A stretch of DNA of 64,000 nt from NCBI RefSeq assembly GCF_964194025.1, contig NC_134475.1:10168001-10232000 (forward strand), in the 5' to 3' direction. The position numbers and the translations under genes are program-made. Positions 1 to 12,925 of this stretch are shown one piece after another. Under the pieces are notes generated by a model. It saw only the letters and a program-made list of their open reading frames with translations. It was not told the DNA's origin and did not search any database. This DNA is from Convolutriloba macropyga (taxonomy: Eukaryota). Numbering within the stretch: the stretch's first letter is position 1; the number at the start of each line of letters is the position of its first letter.

Positions 1-670
1 GTACCGGATTCCTACAAATGTCACCAGGCCATCAAGAATCTGAAATACGGGCAAAGGATAATCGAGAAAGCCACCTTCTGTCCGTTAACCTCATTTACTG
101 GAGGAGCTGGTCCATCAGCATCAAAAGCTATACAGAGGTTGGCTTCTAGGATCAGGGATAAGAAAAAAGATTCTTATTCAGACGTGATCACGTACATAAG
201 GACAATGATAAGTTTCGCGCGTTTTCGTTGCTCCATACTCTGCCGCCGGTGCTAGGACAATAGATCGAAAAACAACAGATCGAAAGCAAAAATTGGGACA
301 ATAGATCGAAAATAAATTACTCAAGTAGAGTATTGGCCAATCAGATTTGAGCGCTCATTTATTGTACAGTATATAACATGTTCTGTTGTGATATTTTGTT
401 CGGTTGTGATAGATTCATATCAAGTCCCACGGGCCGCTAAGGCATGGCCATGGCTCACGATGCATGATCGAAATGTGGTAATTATATTGCAGCTCACAAA
501 TAATGCTTAATTTCAACCAATAAGAACAGATTAATTTTCGATCTATTTTCCCAAATTTTCTGTTTTCGATCTGTTATCCGGTCACCTCTGCCGCCGTTGC
601 GCACGCTCCATGCGCCGGCGCCATGCAGAAGTGTCAATAGGAACCATTAAAGAGGAAGGGAGGATGTCCC
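1..670 (+). mobile_element. 3' remnant of a CRE-like (restriction-like endonuclease) non-LTR retrotransposon, interrupted by a MITE
   Basis: Frame 1 reads KYGQRIIEKATFCPL..TGGAGPSA...QRLASRIRDKKKDSYSDVITYIRTMISFA..SILCRR and resumes after 595 (..IKEEGRM); resembles the C-terminal RLE region of CRE-clade elements as recalled. Confidence 0.72.
248..586. mobile_element. MITE with GGTG..CACC termini and 9-bp TSD (MULE- or Merlin-like)
   Basis: TIR ggtgctaggacaatagatcgaaaa / ttttcgatctgttatccggtcacc; perfect TSD tctgccgcc at 239-247 and 587-595. Confidence 0.88.
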
Positions 671-969
671 AAATGTTTCTATTTTTTTAAATCCTGATTC
701 AAAATCACTGTACACTTGTATTTTGATTGCTATTTATCATATCTATCTTGATTATAGTTCTGATGCTTTAATTTCTCCATCTTTCGCTTTTGACGCTTTA
801 GTTTTTTACTACTGTCAGGTTTTATGATATACATAGGAGTTGACTGGCTGCCGCCGAGTTGACCGACTACCCTTTTAGGGGAGGGGCTTTCTTTTAATTG
901 ACCTTTTTGTTTAAAAAAATGAAAGCAGTAATATCTAAGAAATTTGAGACATTTTTCAGGTTGTTCTTG

Positions 970-1243
970 ATGTTTTCCGAAGAGTACAGCAGTCATTCAG
1001 GAGCCAATGGCCCTTACCATATGGATGATGCTGCTCCTCCAGTCAATAGATATGAATCGAAAGGTCACCGTGATAGAGGTGACAGAGGAAATCGAGATAG
1101 AGGTGAAAGGGGAGATCGTGACGGTGGCAATGTGTATCAAGCCTCCACTCAAATTCCAGAACCCGTAAAGAACTTCCTCTTGGTGTTCCAGCACGCGCTA
1201 AGAGAGCACAATGTCAATCAAATTCAAAATATTTATGAAACAG
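970..1243 (+). CDS. EIF3L: eIF3 subunit L, coding exon 1 of 8 (joined CDS 1725 nt, 574 aa)
   Basis: ATG 970 after acceptor ttttcag(959); encodes IPEPVKNFL..NQIQNIYET, matching the eIF3L N-terminal region; donor cag|gtacgt, phase 1 fits the next exon. Confidence 0.88.
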
Positions 1244-1637
1244 GTACGTAAGTTTGAGTCCGCAATTAAGCTCTGCGAATTGCTGAGAAAAAACAAAAAT
1301 GTGTGAGAAAATGAGCGTCTGTGGCTTTTTAATTGCTCTCAAACTAATTTTATAGCAGTTATACTAGTGCTGCTGTTCTTTTGCAGTTTTTTGCACCCCT
1401 GGCTTTTCGTCTGATAAAATTTTTTGTCGGCCATTTGACTTTTCGTCCTCACCCCACTCTCCGCCAACTCTCGCCTCTAAAATAGTAGCGTCCTTAAGCC
1501 GCAGCTGGCTACTACCGAAAGAAACCACTTGCCGGTCATTTGAGAGCAATTTGCCCGTCGTTAGTTGGTTGTTTCTACATCTACATCAAATTGTGAATTG
1601 TTTTCCGGGAGAGTACTTGAAAGACCTGGGTGTTAAC

Positions 1638-2089
1638 CAGGGATTTGGAAAAATTAATTGGAATTGCAATAATTGCCAATTAATTGATTGCAATAATTGA
1701 TTGGTCACCCTAATTTTATTGCAATAATTGATTGGAAATACACAATTAAGTGCCCAATAATTGGAAAAAATTAAAAATTCTCCCACTTCGGAAACCTGAA
1801 ACTTGACGAAAAGTTCCCAGATTAAGATTTTCTGTCGCAGATCGTATGTAGTTCGTCTTAGAAAGTTTCCAGTTGAAGTATAGAATGATGCAGATAATGT
1901 AACTATTTGCGTTACTTTTCGTAAATCAAGGCTAAATTGTGTTAAAAATTATTGATCGATGGTGAAATTTAATTGATCAATGATTGCAATTATTGCAATA
2001 TTTGATTTTTGGTTTTGCCAATTAATTTAATTGATTGTTCCTCTTTTTGTCTAGCGAAATAATTGCAATTAATTTTTCCAAAATCCCTG
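1638..2089. mobile_element. hAT-like MITE
   Basis: TIR cagggatttggaaaaattaatt / aattaatttttccaaaatccctg; 8-bp TSD gtgttaac / gtgttagc; subterminal AATTG arrays. Confidence 0.85.
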
Positions 2090-2551
2090 GTGTTAGCTTG
2101 GATCAGACACGTTGATGAAAAATTGAAGAAAGCTGCAAGAACTCTGTAGATTTTCCTGCCTATTGTAACTTACGCGTCACCGTGCCTTCACTTAACCAAG
2201 CAATCTGTATGCATTCCAAAAAGAGTCCTAAAATGGGTGCTAAATGATTACTCATCCTCATATTGAAATTGCTAGTTACATCCATATATAAAAGGGCAAT
2301 GGTCTACAAGCTCGAATTGCCGAAAATCAGAATGGAAAAATAACGTACCGAATTCTGCTTTCGAACATGCAGAGTTGTGAATTATCTACCCTCATGTGTA
2401 TTTTCTTCTAGCCTCTAGGACTTAAGAAACGAATTTCAACTCAATTTTTTTAACGTCTAAATACAACAAAGATAACTCGTGCATGTGGGTGTGTGCCTGC
2501 AACTACCAAACGTGCCGGGACTCTTGGAGCCTATTGGGAGAGATACCTTCA

Positions 2552-4369
2552 AGAGGAAAGCTTCAGAACTGAAGAAGGAATAACATGTGATAACGGAGGA
2601 GCAAGTGAAGAGTGCTATCAAAGCCATGATCAACTCGAAAGCCATTGCTCTCGACGGCATAAGTACCCTCCACCTGAAACATTTCAGGCCCAAGATCAGA
2701 AGCTACCTGGCTTGTTTGATTAGTATGTCCTTGAGCACTGGAAGGATCCCCGCTATCTGGAAGACTTCGATGATCATTCCTCTCCAGAAACCGGCCTCCG
2801 AACCCAGCAGTTATAGGCCGGTCAGCATCATCTCTCCGATTGCAAGACTTGCAGAGAAAATAGTACAAGAACAAATCGTGGAGAATGCAGAACTTCCAGG
2901 CGAGCAGCACGGATTTAGAAAGGGATATTCGACATCAACAGCCTTAACTTCAATCACAGAAAAAAATCATCATCGGTTTTAACCAAAAAACGCCGCCTAA
3001 AAACAATCGCAACAGCACCAGACCTTAAAAGGGCGTTCGACGCAGTTGACATCACCCAGCTCCTGAAAATAATACTTGACTCAGACCTCAGAAACAGTAT
3101 CAAGAGATGGCTAACAAGTTATCTTCGAGGAAGTGAGCAACGCACGGAGTTTCATGGATTTTTATCCAAAGCAGCCAAGCTCCGCACAGGTGTGCCACAG
3201 GGAAGCGTTATCTCCCCGATCCTTTTCTCCTGGTACATCGCTGACTTCCCGAAGCCGCCAAAAGACGTGATGCTAATTATGTACGCCGACGACATCACGA
3301 TTGTAAGCCAAGACACCAACATCGAGACAGCAGAAAAAAGAATCAACGAATACCTGGAAACAATCGAGCCCTACCTAAAAGAGAAGCAACTGATCATCTC
3401 TATCGACAAATGCCACAACATGCTGTTCAGCACATGGAAAAAAGAATGGAAACGCAAGCTGAACATCTCCTTAAACAACATCCCAATCGAGACGAAAGAC
3501 AAGTTGAAGCTGCTCGGAGTTACTCTGGACCACGCCCTTACATTCCATGAACATATCAAAGACGACAACGACAAATGCATCAAATCCAACAACGCAATTA
3601 AATCAATAACCCATCCGAATCAAGCGATGAAGAAGAAAGAAGCTCTCACAGTATACAAAGCCATCACCCGATCAAATATTAATTATGCTTGTGGAGTCTG
3701 GACCCCAAATGTCGCAAACAGCCATTGGCAGAAACTAGAAGCTAGACAAAACGACGCTTTACGGTGTGCAACCGGATGTCTGCGAATGACTGGAATTGAC
3801 CATCTCAGAAACGAGACACAATGCATCCCCATTAAGGACCATTAGGATGCTCGCAACCCAGTATGCTCGCTCTGTCAAGAACCATCTGCGCCCATGTCAC
3901 GACGTCGTATTCAATAGTCCAGATCCTCCCCGAAATATGCAAAGGAGTCTGAAGCGGTACTACGTCTCCGAATGCGACCAACTGCAGTTAGACAGCGATA
4001 CAACAAGTCTCAAGGAGATACACACCGGATACGTCAAACAAGCAATCAATAACTTCCAGCCAAACAAAGTCCTAAACGACCCCCCTCCCCTCGATTCACT
4101 CTAAGTAGATAGAAAAGAGCAAAAGCTGGACCGGAAAGAGCAAGTCCGCCTAGCCCAACTGAGAAGCGGATTATGTAGCAGCTTGAACGACTACCGGCAC
4201 CGCATTGGAATCGCAGACTCCCCCCTATGTAGGAAATGCCAAAACGAAGCCGAATCAGTGAACCACTATCTGTCCTGCAACTACGCAGAAAGCGCCGAGC
4301 TGCTTTGGAAAGACCCTGAAAAAGCCGCTGCGTTAACCCGATCCCTCTGAGGGCCTTCACAACAACAAC
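2552..4369 (+). mobile_element. 5'-truncated, frameshifted LINE (RT + C-terminal CCHC) in eIF3L intron 1
   Basis: SYRPVS, QHGFR, PQGSVISPILF, YADD; LAQLRSG..CRKC-X8-H-X3-C; (CAA)n tail; perfect 13-bp TSD agagataccttca at 2539-2551 and 4370-4382. Confidence 0.93.
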
Positions 4370-5371
4370 AGAGATACCTTCAGCTTGCTGAAAATCTTCA
4401 AAAAAAATTCTTTGCACCTGATATGCCCGTTAAATTATTTTGAAGTTGCCTTGAAAAATTATCAAATTGTTGGCTTGAATTTTCATTTATCTGCTGTTTA
4501 AAAAAAACAAAAAAATACTGAAAAGTTGCTAAAATTCGTGAAGCTTCCCTTCAAAACTAATTGTGTGCGCCGGTTGCCCCTAAGTCAAAGAGCGCGATAA
4601 TTATCGAAAATTATATTTTTCAAAAATTCGAAATTTTCTGTCAGTTGGCATTCCAATACTTGTACCCCATCAGGCAGCAAAAAATTTTGCCTTCCAATGC
4701 CCTTTCTGTACTCAATTGAGAGTGTGCGACATTTTGATCAAAAACTTTGAAAGTAATCTTTTCCCCTTCGTGCCGTAATATGGTTTAACGATATGGCTGG
4801 TTTTACTGTTGTGTTGCTTTTGGTGATTCTCTATTTGTTTCCCTCTTTTCTACGTGTTTACGTCTTTCCCTCGCTTTATACACTATTGGTCATCCTGATC
4901 TTCCGGTCGTTTATTTTTCCCACCCCCTTCCTTAAGTGATCACGTAGAGGGAAACTTAGAGTGGTCACGTAGAGACTCGTTCATTTACATGCTCTCGAAG
5001 GTTGTACTGAGATTTCGATTATACCATTGACGACTGCAATAGTCTTCAATCTGGATAAAACTAGCGTGCCCTAATATTGAAAAAAATGTTATGGTGTTTC
5101 TGGGTGCGGTTTCAGTATACCAGTATCAAATATAATAATTTTGACATCACTTTTTAAAGTTTAAAGTAAGCTTTTGACTGTTGCAGTTTTATTGCAAGGG
5201 TGCAAAATCACAATCTAGGAAAGTTTGTAAAAGGCCTCTAAGTTTCTAAGTGGAAAAGTTTAAATTTACTCCCCCAAACTATAATTCTCCCCATTATCAA
5301 TTGACACGCCTCCACAGATTGTCAAGGTAACAAAGTAAGCCAAAGTAATTTCAGGTTAATTCTTGATTTAG

Positions 5372-5457
5372 GATTTGATCGTTTGACTGAGCAACATTTC
5401 AAAAGTCGCCCATGGCCAGCAGTAGATGATGTGCAAGATCTTGTTGGCAATGACCAG
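5372..5457 (+). CDS. EIF3L: eIF3L exon 2
   Basis: tttag|GA..CAG|gtgagt; encodes GFDRLTEQHFKSRPWPAVDDVQDLVGNDQ (cf. LTERFFKNTPWP..VGND). Confidence 0.92.
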
Positions 5458-5580
5458 GTGAGTATCTTCGGTCTGAAAAAAAACATTATCTCGCCTAGGC
5501 TGCTTAAAAATTCCAATTATCACAGATAAGATGGTAAATAGGTATAGCAAGTTGATAACGAGAAATTATATTAATATTAT

Positions 5581-6112
5581 TAATAGCCGCCCTCATCTTC
5601 TCAGCCGGCTATTATTGCGCTCGTATTTTTTTTTTTACTTCGTCAAACTTTTTTTCGCTTTACCATTTTGCCGCTTTTTCGACATTTTGCGTGAAATCTT
5701 TTTGACTTCTCTAGGCTAGTATCTCTCTTCTCTCATTCTGCTAAAAGTGAATTTGAACATCAGTTGCTAAGCAAAGCAATTCAAAATGAACAGAGTCGGT
5801 ATAAAAAATTGAAGTCAGAAATAGAAACGGGATAAACCCATAAAGCCCAATTTTAGATGCCCGCTATTTGAACGTCGTTCCTATAAGTCTTAGTTACCAC
5901 CTCTAATGCTTATTGGTGTTGATAGTAGCCCCTGTAGTCTCTCTCTCTAAGAAACAGAAGTATGTTCAACTACGAAATGCCATCAAAATAAATCGGACTT
6001 AAAAAATATTTTTGTACAAAACTCTTTTTTTTTTCAATATATTCTATTCGTTCAATCCCAATCATGCTTATTGGAATCAACGGCGGCTATTTTCCGGCAA
6101 TCGCCGGGTATG
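5581..6112 (+). mobile_element. Helentron-associated element (HINE/DINE-1-like), family A
   Basis: 5' aatagccgc with nearby inverted ggctatt; 3' gcggctatt plus hairpin ccggc..gccgg; T-rich flanks, no TSD; near-identical to 9675-10211. Confidence 0.8.
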
Positions 6113-6417
6113 TTTAATTATAAAAACTTGTTCTCGTTGACCTTACCGTGAGTGACTTATAATTAGAGAAATTTTGTGTGCCTCATTTCTGCACGCCTGT
6201 CGCTTTTTTTTGGAAGCCTCGATTTTTAAAGCCTTGCATCATTTAACACCGCTTTTACGTAACCGTTTTAATATTTCGCTTCGATTCTAAAATGGTCTCG
6301 ATGAGAGTAATCAAGTCTTTTTACGCAAAATTTTGAGGGGCCTTTTTCTTCTAGTAGATTTTTTCGACTTCACTTCTCGAGAGACGTGTTCAAACTTCTT
6401 GATTATTGCCTGATCTA

Positions 6418-6964
6418 TACTGAACAGCAAAAATAATTAAGCACCCCCTAGTTCTACGAAGTACGATTTTCAATTTTTTAGGCAATATTGCTCCAACATA
6501 AAATCAAATTCCGAGTTCTGTGAAATTTCCTCTTGTGTCCTCTCGTGTTCTATGAAATTCAGATATAACGCAACGTTCACTTACCAGAAATGCCAATGTA
6601 AATTTGACGAACCGCATTAAAGTTTCACAGTAAACAGAAAGTTGTCACAAGATCGCAATTTACTCACATCTTTTCTCTCTAATATTCAACACATGTGCAA
6701 ACTTGGCAATAGTTGAACAATCCTGGAACATTTCAGATCCTGTGACAACTTTCTTTGAACTGTGACACATGGATGGAGCTCATCAACTTTACATAGGGAT
6801 TTTGGCGATTAAACGTTGTTTTATCGGAATTTCATAGGATAGAGGACTAGTGTAGGGGATGAATGGTGTAAAAATTGTTTCCAAAATTTGATTTTAAGTT
6901 GGAGTAACATTTCTTCATTCATTGCCTAAAACTATGGGATGCTAACCTACTCTGCCGTTCAGTA
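6418..6964. mobile_element. Fold-back MITE with TA TSD (Tc1/mariner-like)
   Basis: TA|tactgaacagca ... tgccgttcagta|TA; imperfect inverted symmetry continues internally (ctatgaaattc / gaatttcatag). Confidence 0.75.
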
Positions 6965-8615
6965 TAAATTGCGCTTTCAAAAATTAGTCTGTTGCTGAAA
7001 CTGAAACAAAGGTGTTGCTGAAACTGAAACAAAGGTAGTAGAGGAATTTGGAAGGGACCTGATATATGAGTGGTTAATGCGTGCGTGCAACGTGCAAATC
7101 CCGGGTTTGGACCCCTGCCTAGTCAGGTTTTATTTAGGTTAAAACCCCCTGTGGATTAAATTGCCCCGCCTGTCGTTCGGGAACAATTTTTCCGACTCGG
7201 TTTATTTTTCACAATTGTCCTTCCTTACTAATTCCTTATGTGTGCTATTTATATATATTGGTGCTTTCCTCTCCACTTGTTAGTTATTTTTGTGACTGGG
7301 CCATCTTTACACTGTCTGGAGGGGAACAGCTTGAAGTGCATCATCCGGCTAAGTGCTACTCATCATCCCTTATGTTCCGACCTGCATCCATCGTTGCCGG
7401 ATGTTGTACACGGTCCTTTTTTTGTATATTGTCCACCAATAGTTTAGGTATTAAAATTAGGGTCAAGTGCGTCAAAGGTGAAAGGTATTAGCTGAAATTT
7501 TCACATAGACATTTCGCCCCAATTTTAACCCTCTCGGTTAATTGCTCTAATTTTTTGAGAGACGAGAAAGCACTTAAATGCAATTGGAATTATAGTTATC
7601 AGCGTAGAAATAGAAAAACAAACAGTTGTTCATTGTCCAATTGCAATTCTAACTCAGTACGATATCAGCAAATTTTGAATTCATTCTGTCTTTCAAAGAC
7701 AGTGAAATATTGGTAGTTGAAGGCCACGATTTTATGCAAAAATAGTCGTCAAAATTTTAAATCTTGGAATTAGGAGAACGAAAAGTTTAATCCTCAGCTA
7801 TCCTACCTGTGACAAAATCTTTCTAGCAATGCGCGCCGCCATCAGAACCAAATCTTATTCAAAATTTTCAGCGTCTAAAGCTGCAATGCAATTCATTACA
7901 GGAGCCCTCAAGCCGACACTTTGATATTTTTAACAAAAATTTTTGAAATTTGTCATATGAAAAGTTAAACAAGAACACATTGTTATCTCTGCCGATCCTT
8001 ACATGATAACAGCTCTTTAGAACTGAGACTTCTGTCTTGTCGACGGCATACCTTTGCTCCAGAAGTATTTATTAATTAATTGAGTTAAAAAATTGGCTAT
8101 ATCTAGAAGCAAAACCAGGTTAACTGAAAAAAAATTGATGAGATGCGTGATAACTTAGTCTAAGTGCTCTAAAGCAATAATTGTCTTCTGGTCAGCTAGT
8201 AATTATGCTGCCCCTGTTGGTCTTTTAATGCGATTTTCTCTGTGATCATTTTTTTCGTTCGATCTTTTGACTTAGAACAAGATATGATGAGGCTCGAGGG
8301 CATGTAAATTAAGTATACGTTTTATCGAAGCTGAAATTAGCTACTACCAAAACGACGTCCCTTCTAGCCCCTCGAGTCGTTTGAGGACGATTCGCCCGGC
8401 GTAGTTACTACTTTTAGTCAATTATTTTCAAATTAGGAATCACTATGCACAATTGAGTTTTAATTATATCGAACAATTCACTATATGTACGAGATCATTT
8501 AACCGAAATAATGTAAAGAGGTAGAGGTATCGAAAAACAAATCACATCTTTTAAAACTTGGGGACTTGAGGTAAAAAAGGAGTTGTGAAGTATTAGGAGA
8601 AGGTCTTGTGTTCAG

Positions 8616-8842
8616 ATCTTTCTGATGCTGTACAAGGAGCTGTACTACCGCCACATTTATGCCTCAGTAACCAATGGTCCCACTACCACCCAGAGGTTCG
8701 ACTCCTACTACAACTACTGTGCCCTGTTCAACCTAATTCTGCAACCAGAAGATGAGCCCATAAGATTGGAACTGCCAAACTTGTGGCTCTGGGATATCAT
8801 AGATGAGTTCATTTACCAGTTCCAGACTTTTGCCCAATTTAG
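8616..8842 (+). CDS. EIF3L: eIF3L exon 3
   Basis: ttcag|ATC..AG|gtaac; IFLMLYKELYYRHIYA..RFDSYYNYC..LELPNLWLWDIIDEFIYQFQ, hallmark eIF3L sequence. Confidence 0.96.
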
Positions 8843-9674
8843 GTAACAATTTCATCACTGCGTACAGTACTATTCATGTGAGCAATGCAAGACCTGAAAG
8901 ATCTTTTTAATAGCCGCACAGCGATAGCTGGGGCTATTATTGGCCTTCTCTTGGTTTTTTAATAGCCGCACAGCGATAGCTGGGGCTATTATTGGCCTTC
9001 TCTTGGTTTTTTTACAATTCAAAGAATTTGAATTGTATTGGGGCGCTGTCTTTTTTTACGACTCGAAGATCGAAGAGGAGTATTGGTTTTCTCTCGGTCT
9101 TTTTTTTACAGGAAGTAGATTTGTTCACGCGGCATTTTGACCTAAAAGCAAAAGTGAGAAAAGCTGTCTTGGTGAACAGATTTTCGCTAAGCGAGAGAAG
9201 TTTTTTGATCATGCGCTTCGTTTAGTGAATGACTTTTTGACTTTGAAAAGTAGTTTTTGACTGAATGGCGCATATAGATAACCGTTTTTTGGACTAAGTG
9301 GCCCAATTTTTTTGCTTTTAATTTGGTTTCTTATAGAAATAAAGTTTATTCGATACTATACTGAAATGTCAACCTCGGAAATTGATTCCACAGTGTTTTG
9401 CAGAGCCTGAAAATGCGTTTCAAGTTAAAAATTGGCACATATTTCTTGATTTTTTAGTAAATTCTTGGCTTTTTTCTATTAATTTCTTCATTTTTGGATC
9501 TTTTAACCGTCTTTTTGTCAAAAATCAGTTAATATGGCAACTTCTCTTTGATAGTTCTTGTACTCAACGCCTCTGTCTACCTCGATGTAATTTTGTTTTA
9601 TAAAATTTACATATGCTAATCCGATTTTGGTAGTTTTTTTCCGATTTTCGTCAGTTTTTTGTTTATATTTTGGT

Positions 9675-10211
9675 TAATAGCCGCCCTCATCTTCTCAGCC
9701 GGCTATTATAGCGCTCCTATTTTTTTTTTACTTCGTCGAATAAAAAAATGTTTCGCTTTACCTCATTTTGCCGCCTTTTCAACATTTTGCGTGAAATCTT
9801 TTTGACTTCTCTAGGCTAGTTTCTCTCTTCTCTCATTCTGCTAAAAGTGATTTTGAACATCAGTTGCTCAGCAAAGCAATTCAAAATGAACAGTCAGTAT
9901 AAAAAATTGAAGTCAGAAATAGAAACGGGATAAACCCATGAAGCCCAATTTTAGATGCCCGCTATTTGAACGTCGGTCCTATAAGTATTAGTTACCTCTC
10001 TCTAATGCTGATTGTTCTTGATAGTAGCCCCTGTAGCCTCTCTCTAAGAAACAGAAGTATGTTCAACTACGAAATGCCATCAAAATAAATTGGACTTAAA
10101 AAAATGTTTTTGTACGAAAATCTTTTTTTTTCAATATCTTCTGTTATTTCAATCCCAGTCATGCTTATTGGAATCAACGGCGGCTATTTTCCGGCAATCT
10201 GCCGGGTATGT
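9675..10211 (+). mobile_element. HINE family A copy, nested in a longer family-A mosaic (8908-12151)
   Basis: Same termini and interior as 5581-6112. Confidence 0.8.
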
Positions 10212-12611
10212 TTGTAATTGCTAGAAATAGTCTTATTGTGCAACATGAGGGACTTTAATTTCGTTTCAATAAAAATTCAATCATTTTTTGGCGTTAGGTT
10301 TTTGAAAAACAGTTAAAACTTCATAAATGCAGTCTTAAAAGTTTTTTTGACCATTTTTTTTGCAAAATGTTTCGATTTTCGTATTTATGATTTCTGCTTT
10401 TTCTTTGAATAGTTCTTTGTATCGGATGATTAGTTATCTTTTATATGTCTTGAATGCTGAACAATGAAATGTAATCGTTTTTCTTGAATTTTTTATTGAT
10501 TTTTAACTTTCAGAAATCAAGAATGTGTTTTTGTTACGGTGTTCCTTACATTGTGCCCATATTCTTCACATTCTAGTCAATATCATTCTATCTTTGTCCT
10601 GGCATTGACATTTATTTTCGGTATATTGATTTTTTCAGTTGTTAAAAATGATTGATTTCAGCTTTTTCTTACATTTTCGTCATTTCTTTGGTTTGCGTTT
10701 GATTTCATTCAACATAAGGCAAAACTGAGAGTTTGATAGCAAGCCTTTTCCACGATTTCCACTTAAGACTATTTACTGCAACTTTCTTTCGGCCTTGGTA
10801 TTAATTTAAACGGATTTTTGCCTTTGAATATTCTTCTGCTGCTTATGTCTTTTCTATTATCAATTTAAGTAGTATTCAATCATATTGTCTAGCATATGTA
10901 CAACAAGGAACAAGTGTGTTGTTATTTGTCTTAATTGAAGTGATTAGAAGTGTAATTTTAGGTGTTTTCTGATTCTTAAATTTGAGCTTTCTGTTTTGAA
11001 AAGATTCAACTTAGTTTCTAAGATTATTATCTGCCGTTTGCTTTCGCGATCTTTTTCAGATTAGAATTATGAATTATTTGAGAGCAATTGATAACCTTGT
11101 CTGTTTTTTCAGTCTCACTTTTTTGACCTCTTTAATTATTTTGGTTTTAACGTTACCAAACGTTTTCAATGATATAAAATTTTGCTGCATTTTGTTTCTC
11201 TTGGTGACAGGGGTTTAAGTTTCACCATTTTTAGAGCAGACCTGGAGAGGTAGTGAGTTGATGGTTTAATACAAAAGGTAGTGGCTTCTGCTGCAATTAC
11301 GGTTTTGTTAGTAAAGTTTTGACGCTTCGAGTCGCTTCCGGAATTCTTCCGGCTATGTTTTTTTTAAGATCTGTTCACACATTTTCATGATTTTTGAAGT
11401 CAAATTGGAGTAGTGATTTTGGTCACGCCGAAACAGGAAGCGGAGCGAAAAAGCGAGCGGTTTTGCAGCGTGAAATTTTTTCGCTCTAATTTTAAAGCAG
11501 GGTGAGAAAACGGTGTTTGAACAAAAATTCGCTTTCTCGCTAGTGGTTGTTTGTTCACATGATTTTTTCTGTTTTTTCAATTTTTTGGATCGGATTTTTT
11601 TTCTAAATGGTTTTTCCAATCGATTCATAGTCCTTTCTAGGTCTAGTTTTCTGTATAGTCAATGGAAATTCTTTGAATTGTACGTCAGGACTTGTCCTGC
11701 TATGTTTTTTCATTTCGTCATGATTTTTGTTACTACCATATGACGTCACAGCCACTTTTTGTTGATTCGTTCATGCAATTTCAACTGAATTGCATGTGTG
11801 ACTTCATTTTTCGCTCTTAGTGGAACGAGGTTTTTGTTCATGCGAGTGATTAAATTTTTGGTCACACTTGACTTACCTCACTCTCAAAAATGACTTCCTC
11901 AATTTGAAATTGACTTTTATTTACTTTAATTCAAAGAGATAAGGTCAAATGGGTGTTTGTGTCACTCTAAATAAAGGTTATTTGAGATCAGCTAATAGAG
12001 GCAGCAATAACTTATACAGATTTTTAATCAAAATATAACAGATCAGCCTTCAATGAAAAGACGATTTTTTTTGGTCTGTCTTTTTTACTGTTTTTTAGAC
12101 TGCCGATCTACGAATCTATTGCGGCTATTTTCTGGCAATCTGCCAGCTATGTTATGTAATTTTTGATATACTGCTGAAAATGCTGGCATAAAAACTATGA
12201 AAAGTTATGAGAGCTAAACCTGATAAGCTACAAAATTGTTTGGATCATTTCCGTTTATGCTCCCCCATTACGTTATGCATCGTATTACAAAACATTTCGT
12301 ATTACAAAATGGATAAATGGATACGTAATTAATGGATGAATCGTATTTTCCTGTGCTCAATTTTGATTAATACAAAATATGGAGTGCCCCATTTTAGATT
12401 TAAAATATTGGGATTTTCACATTATAGTCCACAACGTAGTGGGAGTCTAAGGTATACCCCCATTACCTAATAGGAGGCTATAGTTTTCTGGCGGTTGGGG
12501 CTATGATGGGCAATACCAAAGATATGTATACTGCTGAAACGAGCTGAAACCAGCGACACGTGAAGGTTGACAGCTGTCTGGGTCTGTATATATGTTAATC
12601 ATTTGGTTTAG

Positions 12612-12925
12612 AACTCGTATGAGCAATAAATCGAAGGACGATCTGGCGAAATTAGAGAAACACCAGGGCGTGTGGAACATCCACTCCGTGTTAAACGTAA
12701 TGTATTCTTTGATTGCCAAGAGTCGAATCAATGAACAGCTCAGTGCGTACAATTCGGGCGAGCCACAGGATAAGATAGACGAAATTGCGGGTACATTCGG
12801 TGGTCATCCGCTGTACAAGTTCCTCGGTTTCTTTGCTCTGGTTGGCTTGTGTAGATTGCAGTGTTTGATTGGGGACTATTACTTGGCAGTGACAGTGTTA
12901 GACAACATTCAGCTACACAGGAAAG
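12612..12925 (+). CDS. EIF3L: eIF3L exon 4
   Basis: tttag|A..G|gtaaat; VWNIHSVLNVMYSLI..LYKFLGFFALVGLCRLQCLIGDYY. Confidence 0.95.

Noticed and set aside
2587-4104. Domesticated RT gene, retron or group II intron
   Set aside because: Frameshifted, 5'-truncated, with TSD and simple-repeat tail: an ordinary dead LINE copy
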